DNA of 64,000 nucleotides from NCBI RefSeq assembly GCF_009914755.1, contig NC_060929.1, one strand, 5' to 3'. The notes under the pieces were generated by a model, which was given only the letters and a program-made list of their open reading frames with translations, made no database searches and was not told the DNA's origin. This document shows, one piece after another, positions 19,899-64,000 of the stretch. How positions within the stretch are numbered: the first letter of the stretch is position 1; every line of letters starts with the position of its first letter. The DNA is from the human T2T-CHM13v2.0 reference genome, Homo sapiens. The position numbers and the translations under genes are program-made.

Positions 19899-20733
19899 TG
19901 GGGAGAGGGTTCTTTAGGCTTCTCTGCTGAGGCCTCCTTATGGGGAGGGGAGGGGAAACCTTGACATTCTTTTCCAGGTTGCCTAGGTACTCAGTACTTT
20001 TCCACTCTTAGCCTTTCCCCCTTGCCTTCCCCTACTCCACCTCAGAGTCCATAAAACTGCTGGAGCTTTTTCTTCAGGGATCCCTTAACAGTGATATGAC
20101 TCCATGACCCCCTACATCCGTGCTGACTCATGTGACCTGCAGCTAGTGCGCAGTTCCATGGGGGAAATGGAACAGAAACTGTGGGTACTTTCTCTGTTTC
20201 TTGTTTGTATCATTGCAGTAAACGCTACTCTCATTTTTGGCTCGTTGGTCTAATTGGCTACTCTGATACCTGTTAGCTCAGCTAGTGCTCTCTGTCTCTC
20301 TCCCAGCCCGTTTCCTGACAATTCTGGGTCCATTTTCCTACAGATCTTTCAGCTTTGCCCCATTCCACACATTAGCTTCAACCTCAAAGTGATAGTGAGT
20401 AGTAGTATATCAGTCACTGAGTACTGGCTGTAGAAGTTCCAGACATCATATCCTGACCTGATGACATCCAATGAAAGAAGAGAGACTTTTTCATCACGAA
20501 GTTTTAAGCAAGAGTTCTATGGTATACACTGACTGGACTATGTAGGTATGTACCTGTCCAGAGAATGGGTACATTTCCAGGGAATGGAGTGTGGTGTTTG
20601 ATTTACCAACCAGATTTTGGCCTTTGAGCCAAAAGTGTTTCTGGCTTCCCCAGAGTCACATGTGCTGTGTGAGGGAAGCTAAGGGATACATGTCTTAATC
20701 AGGGTTCTGTTAGGAAAGAGTAAGGGGTGAATT

Positions 20734-22229
20734 CAGGGCCTGCTATTAATACATAATTTGCAGAGCCTGTTCCTCTCATGAAAATATAGAGCTCCTTATT
20801 CAAAAGGCAGGAAAAAAGTGTCACTAAAGGTGCTAGAAAGCCAGGCGAGGTGGCATACACTTATAGTATCAGTTACGCAGGAGGATTGCTGAGCCCAGGA
20901 GTTTAAGTCTGGCCTGGGCAACAAACTGAGACCTCATCTCTTAACTACAACAACAACAAAAATACTAGAATATAAAGGCTTTTTCTTTCTTTCACAGTTT
21001 CTCTCTTGACTTATGGTGTTTTTGATATTTAATGTCATTCTAAATAAAGATTAAAATTAAAATTAAGTAAAATTAAATTCATTCTAAGTAAAATTAAAAT
21101 CATTACAAAGACTTTTTACCATCTTTATATTATGCAATGCTGGCTTTTTTTTTTTTTTTTCTTTTTTATTTTTTTTTTTGAGATGGAGTCTCGCTATGTC
21201 GCCAGGCTGAAGTGCAGAGATGCTATCTCAGCTCACTGCAATCTTTCCTCCCGGATTCAAGTGATTCTCCTGCCTCAGCCTCCCGAGTAGCTGAGATTAC
21301 AGGCATGCACCACCACACCCAGCTAATTTTTGTATTTTTAGTAGAGACAGGGTTTCACCATATTGGCCAGGATGGTCTCGATTTCCTGACCTCATGATCT
21401 GCCCACCTCAGCCTCCCAAAGTGCTGGGATTACAGGTGTGAGCCACTGCGCCCAACCACAATTTTGGTTTTAAATGCAAATATAAGAACATTTAACTTGT
21501 ACGTGGAATCACTGAAATTACATAATTCTTATTTCATACTTTGTACATGTATGATATATTTCATTGTTACCAGAACAGTCAAAATGCTGTACGAAAGTCA
21601 ACTGTTTTTACGTCACTTCTTGATATGCACATACATATTCTACCACACTCTCTACCTTCTTATTGATGAGGAAAAAACTAAAAAGAAAAGGAAAAGATGG
21701 GTTGCTCGATCTTCCCCTTTCCTTCTATGTCATCATTTTCAGCATAAGGGGTTGGCTAAATCAGGAAAGCAATAGGAAAGGATATGATAGAGTTTCTTGG
21801 TTCTTTGTGTTTTTAGACTGCCATTGTCTTCTTGCATTAGAACAAGTTCTGATACACAGGAAGCTTGACCTCCTAGGGCTGACAGCGACCCCACCTACTC
21901 AGTTCCTATGTGCCTATGTTGTTCTTACTCTGAATCTTGCTGAACTTTCATGCATTGTGAGTTCAGTGAAATTCTATTTAAATAGGACAATGCAAATGCT
22001 ATATGCAAATGGCATGGCAAAGAGTGAGTGGACATGCATATTGCACGTCTCGGCTCTGCTCATGCTCTATTGTCCCTCCAATTTTACTTACAAAACACAA
22101 GTTCAAAAACAAAATTGAGAATTTCAAGATGGTAACAGCAGAGCATTAAACCAAACATGGGGCCTTTCTGAGTGTAGGGTTCTGTGCAACTATACGGTTT
22201 ATACATACACACACATGCAGCTGGCCCTG
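20734..22229 (-). mobile_element. MER45-family hAT DNA transposon (MER45B-sized), containing an Alu monomer (about 20840-20960) and an antisense AluS (about 21146-21457)
   Basis: TIRs CAGGGCC...GGCCCTG; 8-bp TSD GGTGAATT/GGTAAATG; right end matches the reverse complement of the MER45 5' end as recalled. Confidence 0.8.
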
Positions 22230-22668
22230 GGTAAATGAGTGCTGGGCATGCAAACAAGAATGACCACTACAACCTGCATTTACTGATTATGGAAAAGGGT
22301 TTGTGTGTAAAGAGAAAAAAAACCCAACAACAAAAAAACAAGATACTTTATGCAGCAAAAGTTTATTTTTTGCTCATGCAGAATCTGGAGCAAATGCTCC
22401 AGGGTAGCTCTCCTCCAAGCAGTACACTCAAGGGTCTGTGCTTTTTCCAGTGTGACTCCACTATCTAAAGAGTTCTTTGCTTTCAGCTGGGAAGAGAAAA
22501 GGGAGAAATAAAAATTATGTGAAAATTACATAGAGCATTTCAGGAGCTGTGCTTTGAAGTTGGGTATATCACGTTTATCTTCATTCCACTGGCCAGAACT
22601 CAATTGCGTTTTTCCATCTAAATGCAAGGAGGCCTGTGAATCCAGGAAGAGGAAACGGGATTGGTGAG

Positions 22669-23030
22669 TGACATGGTTTGGCTGTGTCCCCACCCAAATC
22701 TCATCTTGAATTGTAGCTTCCATAATTCCCATGTGTCATGGGAGGCACCTGGTGGGAGGTAATTGAATAATGGGGGTGGGTCTTTCCTGTGCTGTTCTCA
22801 TGACAGTGAATAAATCTCACAAGACCTGATGGTTTTATATAGGGGAGTTCCCCTGCACATGCTCGTTTTGCCTGCTGCCATGTAAAATATGACTTTGCTC
22901 TTCCTTTGCCTTCTGCCATGATGTGAGGCCTCCCCAGCCATGTGGAACTGAGTCAATTAAACCTCTTTCCTTTATAAATTACCCAGTCTCGGGTATGTCT
23001 TTATTAGGAGTGTGAGAACGGACTAATACA
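22669..23030 (+). mobile_element. THE1B/C solo LTR (MaLR), 362 bp
   Basis: TGACATGGTTTGGCTGTGTCCCCACCCAAATCTC...GGACTAATACA; 5-bp TSD GTGAG/GTCAG. Confidence 0.92.
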
Positions 23031-23215
23031 GTCAGCATCTAGTAAGACTGCCATAGAGATCAAGGGAGATTTTTGTTTCTTGGTAGATGTTACTAAAACA
23101 TATTATATGCTGTGGGAGATATTATACTAGAAAGAGTGTGGGACTAACAGAAGGGGCAATTATGTATTACTCTATAAACATTGAGTTGAACCATAAGAAC
23201 TTTGTAGGGATGTGA

Positions 23216-23548
<333 letters not shown>

Positions 23549-23843
23549 ACCTCACTCAATTTAAAAGGCCAATAAGCAAGTTAAATATTTTTTAGGATTC
23601 AGTGACAGCTTATTTTGTTGTGAGATTATTATATTTGAATATTATAGTATAATATGCTGTACAGGCATAAACAATAGTTTTTGTGTCATTCTCCCTAAGG
23701 CAGAATTCCTGCTATGAGTTTAGAACTGAATGCTAGTCCTGACTCAATTATATACTGTTGCTTAATCATTAATCTTTGAGTCATTTAATCTTTATAAGCC
23801 TCATTAATCTTTGTCTATTTCATGTAGTAATAAAGACTAAATG

Positions 23844-24116
23844 AGGCCAGGCACGGTGGCTCATGCCTGTAATCCCAGTGCTTTGGGAAGTTGAGGAAGG
23901 AGGATTGCTTGAGGCCAGGAGTTTAGGACTAACATAGGCAACCTAGTGAGACCCCTGTCTCTACAAAGTTTTTAAAAAAATAATTAGCCAGGCCTGGTGG
24001 TGCGCACTTGTATTCCTAGCTACTTGGGAGGGTGAGGTGGGAGACTGAGCCCAGGAGTGAGCTATGCCACTGCACTCCAGCCTGGGCAACAGAGTGGGAT
24101 CTTGTTCCAAAAAAAA
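23844..24116 (+). mobile_element. AluJ
   Basis: TSD AAAGACTAAATGA. Confidence 0.88.
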
Positions 24117-24314
24117 GACTAAATGAAATAGCATATTTTAAAACTATAAAGGTTTTAATCAACCTAATTATTTAAAAATCAAATCAGTATTATAATTTAA
24201 GAACCCTAGCATCTCCTGTTCTCCTGTTACCTCAACTCTAAGCTCCCCTTTGTCATTCTCAGCTGGGTCCTGTGAACAATTAGATGGAATTGAGGCCTTG
24301 GTGTCCCTATTCAC

Positions 24315-24707
24315 TTTAACAGGGATGGCACTAGGTTCAAGAGGCTGAAGAAGAGACCCAGAGCCAGCAAATGAGGCATATGGTTTATTGAGAGGAACTT
24401 GCATACAGAGCGGTCCACTAGAGGTGAGCTGGACATGAGAACAACATCACCTGCAGAAAGCATGCAGTTTATATAGCATTTTCATTTTGCACCCTCTCCC
24501 TAACAGCTTCCACCTGACAACTTTCATTTAGCCCAAAACAAAGGGCCTAGCCCTCCTGTGCAGCCTGCATTCCACAGGGCTCAGATGTTCCTCATAGATA
24601 AGGAATGAATCTTGGTTGTAACTGCAAACTCATTCAGGTTGTCTGCCACACAGGGTCATTCCCCTGGGTCTGCTTACGTTACTGCTGTCAGGTGCCTCTA
24701 CCATACA
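24315..24707 (-). mobile_element. LTR47-like solo LTR
   Basis: The minus strand begins TGTATGGTAGAGGCACCTGACAGCA, matching LTR47 as recalled; polyA signal on the minus strand. Confidence 0.7.
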
Positions 24708-25259
24708 GTTGGCTTCTTTGGAAGTCATGGCTTGGGGGGCTGCTATAAGGGTTGCACTAGTCCAGCTCCTGGAAATCTGTGTGTGAGGAGGCAGTGGAGG
24801 GATGGGGCATGGGCAAGATAATATCTTGGACCACAGACATCTCAGAAACTCTTAATAAGGCAGATTGGTTTAACACCATGTGAGAGTTTGGGGACTTCCT
24901 GGCCTCTAAGAGCCCAAAAGGGGTTGTATAGCTGCCCCTAAACTGGGAGACTAGAAAGCTAGTAAGAAGAATTCCTCCAGGTGCTTCAGCAAGTGCTTGG
25001 TAACCTGCTTGTTTCTATTAATATACCATTGGCCCATGTGGGTGAGCACCACTTTGCCTTGAACTGTTGTTCCACTGCCATCATTTAGAATACTCTAAAA
25101 ACTAGACTTGAGCTCTAAGTGAGACAACTAAGAAAACCACTATGGTGCCTCCCAGTCAGAGAAAAGACATTCAGTCAGAACAGGTAGAATGCACACCCAG
25201 CAAAATAGAACTGAAGGGGCTCACTCTTACCTTTACCAATCCATCCACTACACTGGCTG

Positions 25260-25658
25260 GAGGTCCAACTGCTAGTATCTGCATTTCTTTGCCGTAGGAC
25301 TTTTTCTGGCCACCAGAGCCCATCTTGCTGCCCATGTAGCAGGCTAGAGTGCAGACCCCAGGAGCTGCCTTCAACCAATGAAGGAAGTTGGTATATAAAT
25401 CCCCATCTCCCTCACCCCTTGAGTGGGATAACTCTGAGGTATATGTTTTATACTGGCCACCAGAGTTCTCCAGTGACAGTAAGCTCCAGTTAACCACAGT
25501 GCTAATTTCCTTGATAATAAACCTTTTGGCTTTCCTCCCCTCCTTGACTCACTTTCCTGCTCTCCTACCAATGTTTCCCAAGATCACCTCCCTCACAGGC
25601 TATCTGCACTCAAAATCTTGTCTCAGTGCCTGCTTCTTAGGAAATCTAAAATAAGACT
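25260..25658 (+). mobile_element. LTR16-family ERVL LTR
   Basis: CCAATG...GTATATAAAT, GGGATAACTCTGAGG and the terminal CTGCTTCT..GGAAA...AAGAC pattern. Confidence 0.7.
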
Positions 25659-27059
25659 TGGACTGTGCTGGGAGTACTGAATAAAGCAAATGGAATACTG
25701 CAGCCTGTGCTTCTGTACTGGACTCCCAGAATACATGAAGCTGTGCCTGGAAGCATTTTCTCTTTAGGGAATTTCATCAGCAGAAAGAATTACGTACAGA
25801 TACTGATACCATGTGTTTCCAACCAACAGCTCAGCCAGATCATCCTACAGTGAAGCTCTCAGGAAACAAGTACCATCTACAAGGTGAGAGCTTCCAATTA
25901 GCTTTCAAGGCACTTGACTCCAGGTTAAGGCCTTACTCTTAAGTGTGAGTGAATAGTCAAGGACTACAGAGGCTTCTAATAGGATAGATGAGATCAAGAT
26001 AATAGCAAAAAGCAGCTGAGAGGAATAAGACTACTCAGGGAGAAGAAAACGTCAAAATCTATTATTAATATCCTCAGAAGGATAAAATAAAATATACAAA
26101 GCAAGAATGTGACACCACAAGAAAGGGGCATTTGAAGAACAAAACAGAACTCTAAATAAGTAAAAACTCTGTAGTTGTCAGGAAGATAAATTTGAGGAAT
26201 TCTCCAAGAAAGAGGGGAAAAAAAAGATGGAAAACGGGAGCAAAATAGATGGTGACGGGCCTCTTATGCCAAAGGAACTTGGGCTTGATCATACAGCAGA
26301 AACTGAAAAGATAACTTGTTCCTATCTGAGTAAAACAAAACAAAATGTAGGCAGTTGCACAGGCCAAGAATGGAGGCAGAGTCAGTGGTTAGGCAGCTCT
26401 CACTGTAGTATGGAGAAATGATGCAAAACTGAAGTACACAGTGGCATGTGACAAATTTAGACAAAAGATGGGAGATTAAATGGTAGAACAGACTAAACTT
26501 GTGACGGAGCAGGTGTGTGTGGGCCTGTGGGTCTGATGTAAGAGGAAAAAGAACAGATGGATCTAGTTTCTCCAAAGATCCCAAATGGATTGGTCTCCAT
26601 TAAGCAAGACGAGGAATGAATAAGGACGAGCAGGTGGGGATTGCTTTGTGCAGAGGGTGGAATACAGATCAGAGTTCAGCTTAAATCAGTATTTTCTAAG
26701 ATTTTGCTAGGTGCCAGATACTGAGATAAAGTCCTTGTCTTCATGTTTGGAACCAGGTGCCTAAGGAAGCACAGAGGAGAGCCACCTCCAAAATGGATAC
26801 CCTCTCCAAGGGTTTGTAGTGAAAGAGGCACAGCTCTTGGCCTGGAGTTGGTGGGGGCTGCGATAAGTGCAAGATACTTGGTGACAGGAATCGCGAGCAT
26901 ACTCTTGTGTTGTACGGATTCTCAGGGTCGGCCCTGCAGAGGAAAGAGCTCAGTCACCGCGAGGTCCTGCACAACATGCCAAAGTCCCGGATATGTGTCC
27001 GGGGTCTACACCTAAGCCCCGACCCCTCTGAACTTCCCAGAAGCGCGCAGGAGGCATGG

Positions 27060-27322
27060 TGCGCATGCGTGTAGCCACCTCAAAGGCGGCGGGAAGTTGG
27101 TTTTCTGAGTAGCAACTGAGCAGCTTGAAGACGGATTGGAAGTAGCAGACCAATAAACAAACGTCTCATTGGCTTAGAGTGCTTAGAGTCCCAATTCTTC
27201 AGCTTCCCATTGGGCCTTTCAAGCGAGCAGGGGCGTGACTCCGGGGGCTCCGCCCCGAGCCTTGGCCCAGTCTTGGGGTCCAAGGCTGAGGGAGCGGGAC
27301 GGAAGTGAGCGGGTCCCGCCCC
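27060..27322 (+). promoter_or_regulatory. Proximal promoter motifs: NRF1-like TGCGCATGCG (27060), E2F-like GGCGGGAAG (27088), five CCAAT boxes (27135, 27150, 27168, 27191, 27209), GC boxes (about 27230, 27248, 27315), ETS/GABP CGGAAGTG (27300)
   Basis: Motif matches read directly; factor binding is inferred. Confidence 0.7.
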
Positions 27323-27466
27323 TTCCCCTTCTCGTCTCCGTTGGAGTCGTCTCTGCCGCGGCTTCCTCGGCTGCCAGCTCTCCGGCGAGCCGGAGTCCTA
27401 GTGCCGTACCGTCAGTCCCCGGCCGCGCGGAGCCGGGATGCACTGTTCCTGCTGTGGGTCCTCATC

Positions 27467-64000
<36,534 letters not shown>

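Noticed and set aside
21464-22118. 103-aa and 151-aa ORFs inside the MER45 element
   Set aside because: No transposase motifs recognised; non-autonomous element.

Overview
Primate (human or great-ape) genomic DNA, very Alu-rich. The single protein-coding gene is DCP2 (mRNA-decapping enzyme 2, Nudix hydrolase) on the + strand. It has a CpG-island promoter at about 27.0-27.9 kb, an ATG at 27467, and 11 coding exons that splice into one continuous frame. 409 codons are visible; the stop codon and 3'UTR lie beyond position 64000. The upstream 27 kb is intergenic: about 25 Alus, a TSD-flanked SVA, several LTRs, two DNA transposons and old LINE fragments. The most notable signals are in DCP2 RNA processing. 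(1) Intron 2 is a U12-type AT-AC intron whose acceptor has a cryptic CAG 7 nt downstream; joining exon 1 to that AG would give an in-frame, minor-spliceosome-independent DCP2 lacking most of Box A. (2) An upstream ATG opens a spliced 71-codon out-of-frame ORF that overlaps the CDS. (3) Exon 10 lies between a CFTR-like (TG)7T15 NAGNAG acceptor and a GC donor. (4) There is a candidate poison exon in the CpG island. Exon boundaries were read by hand and are exact; repeat boundaries are approximate and repeat subfamily names come from memory of consensus sequences, not from a search. Almost all ORFs in the supplied track are repeat-derived noise.
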